Shown here piece by piece: positions 39,901 through 49,435 of a DNA stretch of 64,000 nt. A program made the position numbers and the translations under genes. The notes under the pieces are model-generated. The model was not told the origin of the DNA and did no database searches. It saw only the letters and a program-made list of their open reading frames with translations. This DNA is from Planctomycetota bacterium. Its GTDB lineage: Bacteria; Planctomycetota; JAJSAM01; JAJVHW01. Numbering within the stretch: the first letter of the stretch is position 1; every line of letters starts with the position of its first letter. The stretch spans positions 1,376,001-1,440,000 of the forward strand of contig CBDFJG010000004.1 in assembly GCA_965248445.1 (NCBI GenBank), read 5' to 3'.

Positions 39901-41034
39901 GTGACCGAATCGAGAGGGGTGACGCCGCCGCTCTCGTTGCTCGTCGTCAATCCGATGGGCGGCGAGGGTTGGGGCGGCGTCGAACGCTGGCTCGTCGACC
40001 TGTGCCGCGGACTGCGCGAGCGCGGCCACGCGGTCACGATGGCCGGGCGGCCGGACAGCGCCTGGATCCTGCGCACCGCTGAGAGCGGCTTCGACACGAT
40101 CACCGTTCCGCTGCGTTCGGATTTCCACCTCGGTCAGGCCAGGAAGCTGTCGCAGGCGATCAAGGAGCGCGGCATCGACGTCATCGCCACGAAGCTGCAC
40201 CGCGGCATCCGGGCCTCGGGGTTTGCGGCGAAGTTCGCCGGGTCTCCGCCCGTCGTCGCGTTCATGGGACTCGTCGAGGCGAAGCCTGGGCTGCGCTACC
40301 GAATGACCTACGACATGTTCCTGGACGGGGTTGTGACGCTCACCGAGGACATGCGGCAGAAGATCGTCGCGGCTGGAGCGCTCGACGCGGACACCGTGCG
40401 CGCCATCCCGTACGGGGTGATCGTCGACGACTATCGCGTGCCGGACGGGACAGGTGCGGCCGTGCGCGACGAACTCGGCCTGCCGGCGGATGCGCCGGTC
40501 GCGCTCGCGATCGGCCGCCTGAACGAACAGAAGCGATACGACTTGCTGCTCGAGGCGTTCTGCGAGGTGCGGAAACGCCTTCCCAAAGCGCGCCTCGTGA
40601 TCGCGGGCACGGGCTCGTTGATGCAAGCGCTCGTCGCGAAGCGGGACGGGCTCGGACTGGGCGGAGCAGCGGATCTGATCGGGTTCCGGCGCGACGTTGC
40701 TCAGCTGCTCGCTGCCGCCGACACGATGGTGATGAGTTCCGACATCGAGGGACTCCCGATGGTGATCCTCGAAGCCATGGCGTCGGCTCGCCCGGTCGTC
40801 GCCACCACCGTCGGGTCCATCGCGGAGCAGGTCGTTCCCGGCGAGACGGGTGAGCTCCTGCCGCGCCGCGACGTCCCGGCGCTCACCGACGCGCTCACGC
40901 GGATGCTGTCGGACCGGGGGCGTGCCGCTGCGATGGGGCAGGCCGCACGACGGCGCGTGGAGCAGATCTACCCGCTGGACCTCTGCGTGCGGCGCACCGA
41001 GGCGTACCTGGCTTCGCTCCGCCGCGGATCATGA
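39901..41034 (+). CDS. Glycosyltransferase family 4
   Basis: GGVE, GRLNEQK, EGLPMVILEAMA. Confidence 0.92.
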   Translation: MTESRGVTPPLSLLVVNPMGGEGWGGVERWLVDLCRGLRERGHAVTMAGRPDSAWILRTAESGFDTITVPLRSDFHLGQARKLSQAIKERGIDVIATKLHRGIRASGFAAKFAGSPPVVAFMGLVEAKPGLRYRMTYDMFLDGVVTLTEDMRQKIVAAGALDADTVRAIPYGVIVDDYRVPDGTGAAVRDELGLPADAPVALAIGRLNEQKRYDLLLEAFCEVRKRLPKARLVIAGTGSLMQALVAKRDGLGLGGAADLIGFRRDVAQLLAAADTMVMSSDIEGLPMVILEAMASARPVVATTVGSIAEQVVPGETGELLPRRDVPALTDALTRMLSDRGRAAAMGQAARRRVEQIYPLDLCVRRTEAYLASLRRGS

Positions 41035-41041
41035 AGCCTCT

Positions 41042-41961
41042 CTAGGCGATCCGCCGCTCGCGCCCACGGGCGAGCAGCGCATCCAGCCACGCATCGGGTA
41101 CGCGCATGCGACCGCGTCCGCGACCCACGCGGACACCGGGCTTGAACGTGCCGTGGAAGTCCGAGCCGCCGGAGGGGAGCAGACCCGCCTCATCGGCGAC
41201 CGCGCGCCAGTAGCGCTCCGACTTTCGGTTGTACGTTCCGTAGCGCACCTCGATCGCATCGAGACCCTGCTCGACTCGCTCGGCCAGCCACTCGCGCTGG
41301 CGCTGCTCGTCCTCGGGCAGCCCGGGCGCCCTGAATCCGAGGGTGAACGGATGGCAGAGCACCGTCGCGCCACCCGATCGGCGCGCGGCGAGCACCGCGT
41401 CCTCGAACGACACGCGCTCCCGTTCGACGTACGCCGGAGCGCCGCGGCCCAGATACCGGTCGAACGCGTCCTGCATGTTGCCGGCCGCACCCTTCCGGAC
41501 CAGCACGCGGGCGATGTGCGGCCGCGCCACCATGTTGCCGGGGCCGCCGGCCTCGGCCTGCACTTCGTCGTGTTCGATCTCGACGCCGAGGTCGCGGAGC
41601 TTCTCGAGTATCCCGGCGTTGCGCGGACCGCGTGCATCCCGTAGCCGCGCGGCGACGTCGAGCAGTTCCGGACACTCGGGATCACCCCCGAGCACGATCA
41701 GATGGAACCCGCCGTCGTGGGGCAGCGACAGTTCGACGCCCGCAACAACGCGTACGCCCAGCGCCTCGCCGGCGGCCTGCGCTTCATGCACACACCTTCC
41801 AGCGTGTCGTGATCGGTCAGCGCCAGCGATGCCAATCCCTCACGCTGCGCGAGCTCGACCACCTCGGTCGGCGAGCACGACCCGTCGGAGCACGCCGAGT
41901 GCGTGTGAAGATCGCAGACCGGTGGGCGGGGAGGAGTAGGGATGAGGGAGTTCGCTCTCAG
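41042..41961 (-). pseudogene. PHP-domain (TrpH/YciV-like) phosphoesterase with 2-nt frameshift
   Basis: DLHTHSACSDGS...ALTDHDTLEGV in one frame; HEAQ...GVELS...RPHIAR...GGSDFHG in another. Extra TG at ~41787-41796; start codon unclear. Confidence 0.85.
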
Positions 41962-43658
41962 TCGAGTTCCATGACCAGATCGGCCTTGTACTCGTCCTTG
42001 CCCTCGACGATCTCGATCTCGACGTCGTCGGACCAGCCGATGTCGCCCAGCTCCGCGGACACGAGGATCTCGCCCTTCGGCGTGAACGGGAAGTCGTACG
42101 TGCCGTCCGGCCCCGAACGGAGATTGGCGATGTACTCGCCCTCACCGTCCGCATCGTACTCCTCCGCCGGCTCGCACTCGATCAGCACGAGAGCGTCCGG
42201 CACGGGCGTGCCGTCCTCCGAGCGCACCGTTCCGTACACGCGCACCGAGGGCATCGCTGTGACGCGGTATGCCGTGGGCGTGTCGTGGTCCTCCGGATAG
42301 ACGCGAATGATCGAGTAGCCCTTCTTGAAGCCGAAGATCATCGCCCGCGTGCCGTCGAACTCGAATGCGAAGTTGTAGATGCCGCGAGTGTCGGATTCGC
42401 CGGGGAGCTTCTCCGAACGCAGAGAGTCGTACTCCTCGTCGACGTTGGCGGAGTAGAAGACGACGCCGGCGACGGGGTTGCCGCTCGGGTCGACGACTTC
42501 GACGGGCTTCGGAATGGCCGGCTCGAAGTCGACCTGCTGTTCCACCAGCAGCTCTTCCGGCGTGATCGCACGGATCTCCTCGGAGAACGAGATCGCCTCC
42601 TTGCTGCGGCCGTTGATCAGGTACTGGCCCGGAGGCATGTTCGAGAACTCGACGACGCCGTTGCCGTTCGTGGTCCCCGTGACGTACGTGTACGAGTCCA
42701 TCTCCATCGCCACGACCTCGACGCGGGGCAGAGGCCTCTCGCCGAAGTCGTCGTCGAGCATCGCGATCACGCGCAGCGTCGCGCCGCGCGGCAGGCGCAG
42801 CGCGAGCGGGCCGTCTTGTCGCACTTCGACGCTCTGCTCGATGATCGACGGGAAGCCCCGCGCCGCGACGTCGACGGTGTAGCGGCCGGGCGCGACGCCT
42901 TCGATCAGGAACTCGCCTTCCTCGTCGGCGCGGCCGCTGAAGCGCGACTCGCCGTCGTCCAGGACGACGATTGCACCGGAGACCGGCGTGCTGTTGCCGC
43001 CGGAGATCACGGTCCCCTTGACCTGCATAGGCTGGCCCAGCGTGAGCTCGATGTTCGCGCCCGGGCCCACGCCCTGCGCCGACGCCTTGCCCACGCCGTC
43101 CTTCTGCGCGGTCAGGCGGAAGGGTCCGGTGCCCGAGCCGCGCGGAATCTCGAAGTCGAACGACCCGCCCGCGCCGCTGACGGCTGAGACGATCTCCTGC
43201 GCACCCTCGCTCGTGGCCTCGGCCTTATTCTTGAGAGTCTCGGCGTAGGCGTCCATGCGGCGCGGCAGATCGAACTCGTCGTTGTCCAGCACGAGCAGTG
43301 CGTAGACCTTGTGAAGGTCGTCCTCCTCGACGGTCTCCTCCGGCGGAGCCACATTCACCGGCCGGGCCAGCGCGAGGTCGGCGCCTGCGACGCCCTGGCC
43401 CTCGCCGTCGAGCACCCGCCCGCGAATGCGGGGGCGCACGCGGACGGCGCCGGTGTTCGTCGGCTTGACCCGCACCGGGGGCGTGCCGTTCCCGTCGGTG
43501 GTGGCGCCGTCCGTGCCGTCCCCCGGGAGCACGACGGTGTCGCCGTCGTCCGGTGGCCCGTCGCCGTCGTCGCGCTGGATGAGGAAGTACGCCGCGCCGA
43601 AGGTGATCAACGCGACCACCACCAGCCAGGCGCCCAGAAGCAGGTTGGATGACTTCAT
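41958..43658 (-). CDS. Membrane-anchored carboxypeptidase-regulatory-like repeat protein
   Basis: N-terminal TM; repeated GRVLD..G..VAGA and GTVRSEDGTPVPDA beta-sandwich units. Confidence 0.8.
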   Translation of the reverse strand: MKSSNLLLGAWLVVVALITFGAAYFLIQRDDGDGPPDDGDTVVLPGDGTDGATTDGNGTPPVRVKPTNTGAVRVRPRIRGRVLDGEGQGVAGADLALARPVNVAPPEETVEEDDLHKVYALLVLDNDEFDLPRRMDAYAETLKNKAEATSEGAQEIVSAVSGAGGSFDFEIPRGSGTGPFRLTAQKDGVGKASAQGVGPGANIELTLGQPMQVKGTVISGGNSTPVSGAIVVLDDGESRFSGRADEEGEFLIEGVAPGRYTVDVAARGFPSIIEQSVEVRQDGPLALRLPRGATLRVIAMLDDDFGERPLPRVEVVAMEMDSYTYVTGTTNGNGVVEFSNMPPGQYLINGRSKEAISFSEEIRAITPEELLVEQQVDFEPAIPKPVEVVDPSGNPVAGVVFYSANVDEEYDSLRSEKLPGESDTRGIYNFAFEFDGTRAMIFGFKKGYSIIRVYPEDHDTPTAYRVTAMPSVRVYGTVRSEDGTPVPDALVLIECEPAEEYDADGEGEYIANLRSGPDGTYDFPFTPKGEILVSAELGDIGWSDDVEIEIVEGKDEYKADLVMELD

Positions 43659-43779
43659 CTGTTCACATTCCGTGGTCTGCGCCAGGCACCCGCAGCGGGT
43701 ACCTCGGCTGAACCCATCAAGTTAGCGCAGCCGCGCCGCGCAGTCAGGGAAACCGGGGTCGAAGCGCGGCGTGGGAGGG

Positions 43780-46200
43780 TCACTCCGAGCCTCCGTCTCG
43801 ACTCCGGTCGCGGTCAGCTGCCCGCTCGAGCAGCAGCTCCAGTTCCTCGTCCGGAAGGAGGGTCTGGAGGTCCGGATCGTCGCGGATCAGATCCTCGGGA
43901 ACCGGACCCAGCGCCAGCGCAGAGCCCACGGCCCGAACGGCCGCCCGCTTGTCGCCAAGGCGGGCGAGCGCCCGGGCAGAGGTCAGGTAATGGCGCGGGT
44001 CGGGGTCCCGTGGCGCGGCCTGCGTCGCCAGTTCGAGCGCCGCGAGGGTCTGCCCGCGGGCCAGTTCCTGCTCTGCGCGAATGCCGAGGGAGCGGCCGAT
44101 GAACCGGCGGCCTGCCTCGACGTGTTCGGAGCGCAGCAGGATCTTGCCGGCTTCCTCGAGGAACCCTGCGTCCTCTCCGGCGGGCTTGTACGCGACCGCT
44201 GCGGCGATCAACTGTGCCGCGATGCCGGGGTCCTCGCCGACCAGTCGCCGCGCTGTGGAGACGATCGCGGCGAGCAGTGTCGGATCCCGGCGGAGCATCC
44301 GATCCGCCATGCGCGCGACGAACGCGTCGTCGTCCGTCGCAGCGAGGATCTTCAGCACGCCGATTGCATTTTCCTGCGCGCCCGGCGCCCGGGCGGCGAG
44401 CTGCGCTTCAGCCAGCAGTGCGCGCATCCGTGGATCGTGTGCGTGGATTCGTGCAGCGCGGGTCAGGTCGACGACGGCGTCCCGCGGCCGGTTCTGGACG
44501 AGGGCGAGTTGCGCTCCGGCAGACAACAGTTCCGGATGCCACTCGCAGGACGCGCGCGCATCCGCGAGCACGCCGCCGCCCTCATCGAACCTCTTCTGTT
44601 GGAACAGCGCGCGGGCGAGGTCCGCCTGCGTTTCCGGGCTGTGCGGACGGATCAGGAGCGCATCCCGAAGAGCGGCCTCCGCCAGTTCGGACTCATGCAG
44701 ATTGACGTAGAGGGCACCGAGGTCCCGGCGGGGCGCGAACGCCCGTCCGTTCGCGCTCGCGGCGACGTCGAGCAGGCGCAGTGCGTCGTCGACTTCGTTG
44801 CTCGTGAGGGACTGTCGCGCCAGCGCGAAGAACGCTTCGGACCGGAACCGTTGCGTGGCGGGCACGACAGCCGCGAGGAGCAAGATCCCGAGCACCGTAG
44901 CGACGGGTTTGCCCGGCAGGGTTCTCGTGCCGACTGCGGCCGGGACGAGAGCCAGTCCCGCGCCCCACGCGAGCGCTCCCAGGAGTGCTGTCGCGACGTG
45001 GGAGAGCGGTGTCGACGCGAGTCCCGAGACGAACAGCGCTACCAGGGTCCCGCTGACCGCGAATCGGAGCCCGTGGTCCACATCGCGTGCCCGCGCGAGT
45101 CTCAGAATCAGTGCGGCACCAGCGGCAAACGCGATGAGCGCCAGCACCCATCCGAGATGCGTCGTGATGGCGAGGAAGTCGTTGTGCGCCGTCTCGACGG
45201 TCCGGCCCAACGAGATCGTGTACTCCTCCGCGGGCCGCAGCGCGGCGTACCGGTCGGCAAACGCGACGCCGCTCGGCAGGAGGAGTGCGCCGCCTTGGAT
45301 CGCGCCGGACAGCGAGCCGAAGATGTGCGCACGAACCGCGACGGTGTCGCTCCGACCGAGCGCCGGCACATCGACGGCGCCCGTACCGTGCGCCACGAAC
45401 AGGACGGCGGCACCGAGTGCGACAGCGACGCCGGCAAGTCCGAGCGCGCGCGCGATGCGGTGCCGTCCACGGGACGCGAGCCACCACATCGCGAACCACG
45501 TCAGCACCGCCGCCGCCGCGATCAGGTCGATGCGCGAACGCGCCAGCGCGAGGTGGGAGGCTCCACCCAGTGCCGCGACCGCTCCCAGCACGCGGTCGAT
45601 GCGCAAGGCGGGACGCCACACGAGTAAGAGGGCTGCCGGGAGCGCGGCCGCCTGGAACTCGGCGGCGAAACTCGTGTTGCCCAGCGTCGCGACGACGGTC
45701 CGGCGCTCACCCCAGGGCGCCGGGTCCAGTCCGGCTGCCTGCACCAGTGCGTACACCGACGCGCCGAGCGATGCGACCGCAGCGCCGCGCAGCAGCCAAC
45801 GCAGCGCGCTGGTCGAGTCCGTCTCGCGCGACGCCAGGACCGCTGCACCGAGCGCTCCCACCGCGAGCAGCGGACCGGCGAGGGCGCCGGCTCGGCCGGC
45901 GAATAGCGCAGCTGCCAGGGCGACGAGGACGAGCGCGGCCGGGACGATGAGAAGAGGGTCGAGGGTCATCTCCCGGACGCTCTTGCGCGCCGACACCAGC
46001 AGGAGAACACCGGCCCCGGCCAGGAGCAGAGGCAGCTTCACCGAGTCGAAGCTCGGCAGCCCTTTCATCGGAAGGAACGCCCACACGACGGCGACGAACA
46101 GCGCGGCCGTCCACGCCGCGGCGGGGACGGCCCTCGGGCCGTCGGAGGCTCTCGTGGTGGTCACCAGGCTGTCGCTCGTTCGTTGCCCCCGATTCCGCAC
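43780..46200 (-). CDS. O-antigen ligase-like (Wzy_C) membrane protein with C-terminal TPRs
   Basis: Many TMs; ATLGNTSF, SR, AHNDFL; helical TPR-like C-terminus. Confidence 0.78.
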   Translation of the reverse strand: MRNRGQRTSDSLVTTTRASDGPRAVPAAAWTAALFVAVVWAFLPMKGLPSFDSVKLPLLLAGAGVLLLVSARKSVREMTLDPLLIVPAALVLVALAAALFAGRAGALAGPLLAVGALGAAVLASRETDSTSALRWLLRGAAVASLGASVYALVQAAGLDPAPWGERRTVVATLGNTSFAAEFQAAALPAALLLVWRPALRIDRVLGAVAALGGASHLALARSRIDLIAAAAVLTWFAMWWLASRGRHRIARALGLAGVAVALGAAVLFVAHGTGAVDVPALGRSDTVAVRAHIFGSLSGAIQGGALLLPSGVAFADRYAALRPAEEYTISLGRTVETAHNDFLAITTHLGWVLALIAFAAGAALILRLARARDVDHGLRFAVSGTLVALFVSGLASTPLSHVATALLGALAWGAGLALVPAAVGTRTLPGKPVATVLGILLLAAVVPATQRFRSEAFFALARQSLTSNEVDDALRLLDVAASANGRAFAPRRDLGALYVNLHESELAEAALRDALLIRPHSPETQADLARALFQQKRFDEGGGVLADARASCEWHPELLSAGAQLALVQNRPRDAVVDLTRAARIHAHDPRMRALLAEAQLAARAPGAQENAIGVLKILAATDDDAFVARMADRMLRRDPTLLAAIVSTARRLVGEDPGIAAQLIAAAVAYKPAGEDAGFLEEAGKILLRSEHVEAGRRFIGRSLGIRAEQELARGQTLAALELATQAAPRDPDPRHYLTSARALARLGDKRAAVRAVGSALALGPVPEDLIRDDPDLQTLLPDEELELLLERAADRDRSRDGGSE

Positions 46201-46297
46201 TGCGATGGAGGGGGCTGTGTAGGAGGGCGTGGGGTCTTGGACGACCGGCGGGAGCCGGACCTTCAGACTCTCTCAGCGGCGATTGGCTCGGATCCGG

Positions 46298-47212
46298 TCA
46301 CTGGCCCCCGGCGAAGAGGGCGTCCACGAATGCGGCGGGGTCGAAGGGCGCGAAGTCCTCGTGCGACTCGCCCGTGCCCACGAACTTCACCGGCACGTCG
46401 AGCTCGTCCTTGATGGACAGGACGACCCCGCCCTTGGCGGTGCCGTCGAGCTTCGTGACGATCAGACCCGTGACGTTCGCGTGCTCCCGGAAGCGCCGCG
46501 TCTGCGCCAGGCCGTTCTGGCCCGCGGTGCCGTCGAGGACCAGCAGCGTCTCGTGCGGTGCGCCGGGGATCTTGCGCCCGAGCACACGCGTGATCTTCTC
46601 GAGTTCCGCCATCAGGTCCTTCTGCGTGTGCAGGCGGCCGGCCGTGTCGACGATCAGCACGTCCACGCCACGGGCGACCGCCGACTCCGCAGCGTCGAAC
46701 GCCACGGCGGCCGGATCGGCGCGCTGCTGCTGGCGGACGAGCGGAACGTCCAGACGCTCGCACCAGATCGCGAGCTGATCCACGGCGGCCGCACGGAACG
46801 TGTCGCACGCCGCCACCATGCAGCGCGTGCCCCGGCCGGTCAGCCAGTGCACCAGCTTGGCGATCGAGGTGGTCTTGCCCGATCCGTTCACGCCGGCGAT
46901 GAGCACGACCGTCGGTCCGTCCGCGTTGTCCCGCAGCGAGTGGTCGCTGGCCGTGAGCCGTTCCGTGACGCATGTGCGCATCCAGGGCACGACGTCGTCG
47001 CCGGTCAGGATCTCGCCGTGTTTCGCCGCGTCGCGCGCCCCGCTCAGCAGTGCCTCCGACGCCCCGACTCCGACGTCGCTCGTCAGCAGCACCTCTTCGA
47101 CGTCGTCCCAGAGGCTCTGGTCGATCTTCCGGCCCTTGACCAGCGCTTTCAGACGCCCGGCGAGGAGCTGCGAGGTCTTTCGCAGCGAGTTGCGCAGCCT
47201 GTCGAGCGCCAT
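46298..47212 (-). CDS. ftsY: SRP receptor FtsY
   Basis: GVNGSGKTTSIAKL, DTFRAAA, DTAGRLH, TKLDGTAKGG. Confidence 0.97.
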   Translation of the reverse strand: MALDRLRNSLRKTSQLLAGRLKALVKGRKIDQSLWDDVEEVLLTSDVGVGASEALLSGARDAAKHGEILTGDDVVPWMRTCVTERLTASDHSLRDNADGPTVVLIAGVNGSGKTTSIAKLVHWLTGRGTRCMVAACDTFRAAAVDQLAIWCERLDVPLVRQQQRADPAAVAFDAAESAVARGVDVLIVDTAGRLHTQKDLMAELEKITRVLGRKIPGAPHETLLVLDGTAGQNGLAQTRRFREHANVTGLIVTKLDGTAKGGVVLSIKDELDVPVKFVGTGESHEDFAPFDPAAFVDALFAGGQ

Positions 47213-47225
47213 CGCAGCCGTTCCT

Positions 47226-47630
47226 TCAGAGTCCGATGTTCTTGCGCACGCGATCGAGCACGCCGTTCACGAACGCGCCGCTCTGCTTGCTGCCGAAACG
47301 CTTGCCCAGTTCGATCGCCTCGTTGATCACGACCTTCACGGGGACGTCGCCGTGTTGCATCTCCCAGACGGCCATGCGCAGGATGTTGCGGTCCACCACG
47401 GCCATCCGGGGCACGCGCCAGTGCTCGGCGGCGTCGGCCAGCAGGAGGTCGATCGCCTCGTGCTCCGCCGCGGCCCCGCGCACGAGCTGACGGACGTGAT
47501 CCGAGATCTCCGGCGTGCGGCGGTCGCGGATCAGAACCTCGTCCATCTCCGGGAGGACCTCGTCGCCGCGCACGTCCCACTGGTAGAGGAACGTCAGCGC
47601 AATCTCGCGGGCCTTGCGCTTCTCTTTCAC
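47226..47630 (-). CDS. nusB: Transcription antitermination factor NusB
   Basis: ARE.AL..LYQ, VDRNILR, VVINEAIELGKRF, FVNGVLD. Confidence 0.96.
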   Translation of the reverse strand: MKEKRKAREIALTFLYQWDVRGDEVLPEMDEVLIRDRRTPEISDHVRQLVRGAAAEHEAIDLLLADAAEHWRVPRMAVVDRNILRMAVWEMQHGDVPVKVVINEAIELGKRFGSKQSGAFVNGVLDRVRKNIGL

Positions 47631-48109
47631 GAGCGCCCTCCGGCCGCTCCGATGCGCTGGAGCAGGTCCGCCATGCGGAGGGCGTCGAGCGCGACGTCGG
47701 CGCCCTTGTTCCCGTGGGAGCCGCCGGCCCGGTCGAGCGCCTGCTCCAGCGTGTCACAGGTGAGCACGCCGAAGAGCACCGGCAGGCGATGCTGCAGGCC
47801 GACCGCAACGACGCCCTGCTCGGCGGCCTCGCAGACGTAGTCGTAGTGGCTGGTCTCGCCGCGGATGACCGCGCCGAGCGCCACGATGGCGTGGAGATCG
47901 CCGCGGGCGGCCAGCGCCTCGCATGCCAGGGGCAGTTCGAACGCTCCGGGCACTCGCGCCACGGTGATGTCGTCCTCGCCCACGCCGGCGCCGCGCAGCG
48001 CGTCCAGTGCGCCCTCCAGCAGCGAGGACGTGACGTCGTCGTGCCAGCGCGACACGACGATCCCCACACGGCGTCCCGCGCCAACCGGCCGGCCTTCGAG
48101 TTCCTGCAT
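47627..48109 (-). CDS. ribH: Lumazine synthase
   Basis: VPGAFELP, LGAVIRGETSH, FGVLT, NKG. Confidence 0.96.
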   Translation of the reverse strand: MQELEGRPVGAGRRVGIVVSRWHDDVTSSLLEGALDALRGAGVGEDDITVARVPGAFELPLACEALAARGDLHAIVALGAVIRGETSHYDYVCEAAEQGVVAVGLQHRLPVLFGVLTCDTLEQALDRAGGSHGNKGADVALDALRMADLLQRIGAAGGRS

Positions 48110-48211
48110 CCCGTCATTCGACGGGAAACGCGGGGTCCGGCACCCTTTTTCGGCGGACGCGTCCACCGCGGAAAGCGAACGCTGGTCTGCGGCTCGCGTA
48201 GCCTGCGGCGC

Positions 48212-49435
48212 ATGCCCGAGCTCCTCTCCGTCGAGGAGGCGCGCGCGCTGGTGCTGGCCCGCGTCCCGCCGCCGCGTGTCGTGCGACTGCCGCTCGCGGG
48301 CGCCGCCGGCCGCGTGCTGGCGCAGGAGATTCGGTCGGATCGCGACCACCCGCCGTTCCGCCGGAGCCGGGTCGACGGTTATGCGGTGCGGTCCGCTGAC
48401 TGCTCCCAGGCAGGCGCCTCGCTGCGAGTCGTCGCCGAGGTGCCGGCGGGTTCGATGCCGGACCGGAGCGTCGGGACCGGCGAAGCGGCTCGCATCTTCA
48501 CCGGCGCCCCGGTGCCGGACGGCGCGGACGCGGTGGTGATGCAGGAGGACTGCGAGCGGGACCAGGACGGCGTTCGCGTCGGCAAGGCCGTGGCCCCAGG
48601 CGCGTGCCTCGTGCCCCGCGGACACGAGTGCGCCGCGGCAGCGACGGTTCTCCGGGCCGGCGACGTCGTCACGCCCTCCGCGATCGGTGTGGCGGCGTCC
48701 GTGGGCGCCTCCGCGGTCGACATCTTCGCCGCCCCGCGAGCCCGTGTTGTCGCTACGGGCGACGAGCTCGTGCCGGTGGAGGCGACGCCGGGGCCCGCCG
48801 AGATCCGAAACGGCAACGGGCCGGTGCTCACCGCCGCGCTCTCGGCCGCGGGGGCGAAGGTGGACGGCGCGCGGCACGCTGCAGACACGCCGGAGTCGCA
48901 CCGCGACGCGTTGTCGTGGGCGCTCAAGGCGGACGTCGTCGTGACGACCGGCGGCGTCAGCGTCGGTGACCACGATCTGGTCCCGAGTGCGCTCGACGAT
49001 CTGGGCGTCGAGAAGGTGCTGCACGGCGTGCGCCAACAGCCGGGCAAGCCCTTCTGGTTCGGCGTGCGCGGTGACACGCTCGTGTTCGGCCTGCCTGGAA
49101 ACCCCGTGTCGGCTCTCGTCACGCACGTGTTGTTCGTGGTGCCCGCGTTGCGCAAGTGGACCGGACGTGAGCCCGGGCCGCGCACCGTTCGCGCCAAGCT
49201 CATGGGTGACCTGGCGAAGGGCAAGTGGCGGAGGCGGCATGATCCCGTGCACCTGGCGTTCGGGTCCGACGGAGGGCTGGAAGCCACACCGGTCCGCTTC
49301 GCCGGCTCGGGCGACATCTTCGGCTTCACGGCTGCGAACGGGTTGGCGGTGGTGCCGGAGAACGCGGGTCAATTCGTCGCGGGCGATGCCGTGGACGTCA
49401 TCGCACTGGGAACTCTGGGAGCCCTCGCGCAGTGA
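48212..49435 (+). CDS. moeA: Molybdopterin molybdotransferase
   Basis: PPFRRSRVDGYA, IFTGAPVP, TGDEL, GGVSVG, PGKP, GLPGNP. Confidence 0.95.
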   Translation: MPELLSVEEARALVLARVPPPRVVRLPLAGAAGRVLAQEIRSDRDHPPFRRSRVDGYAVRSADCSQAGASLRVVAEVPAGSMPDRSVGTGEAARIFTGAPVPDGADAVVMQEDCERDQDGVRVGKAVAPGACLVPRGHECAAAATVLRAGDVVTPSAIGVAASVGASAVDIFAAPRARVVATGDELVPVEATPGPAEIRNGNGPVLTAALSAAGAKVDGARHAADTPESHRDALSWALKADVVVTTGGVSVGDHDLVPSALDDLGVEKVLHGVRQQPGKPFWFGVRGDTLVFGLPGNPVSALVTHVLFVVPALRKWTGREPGPRTVRAKLMGDLAKGKWRRRHDPVHLAFGSDGGLEATPVRFAGSGDIFGFTAANGLAVVPENAGQFVAGDAVDVIALGTLGALAQ

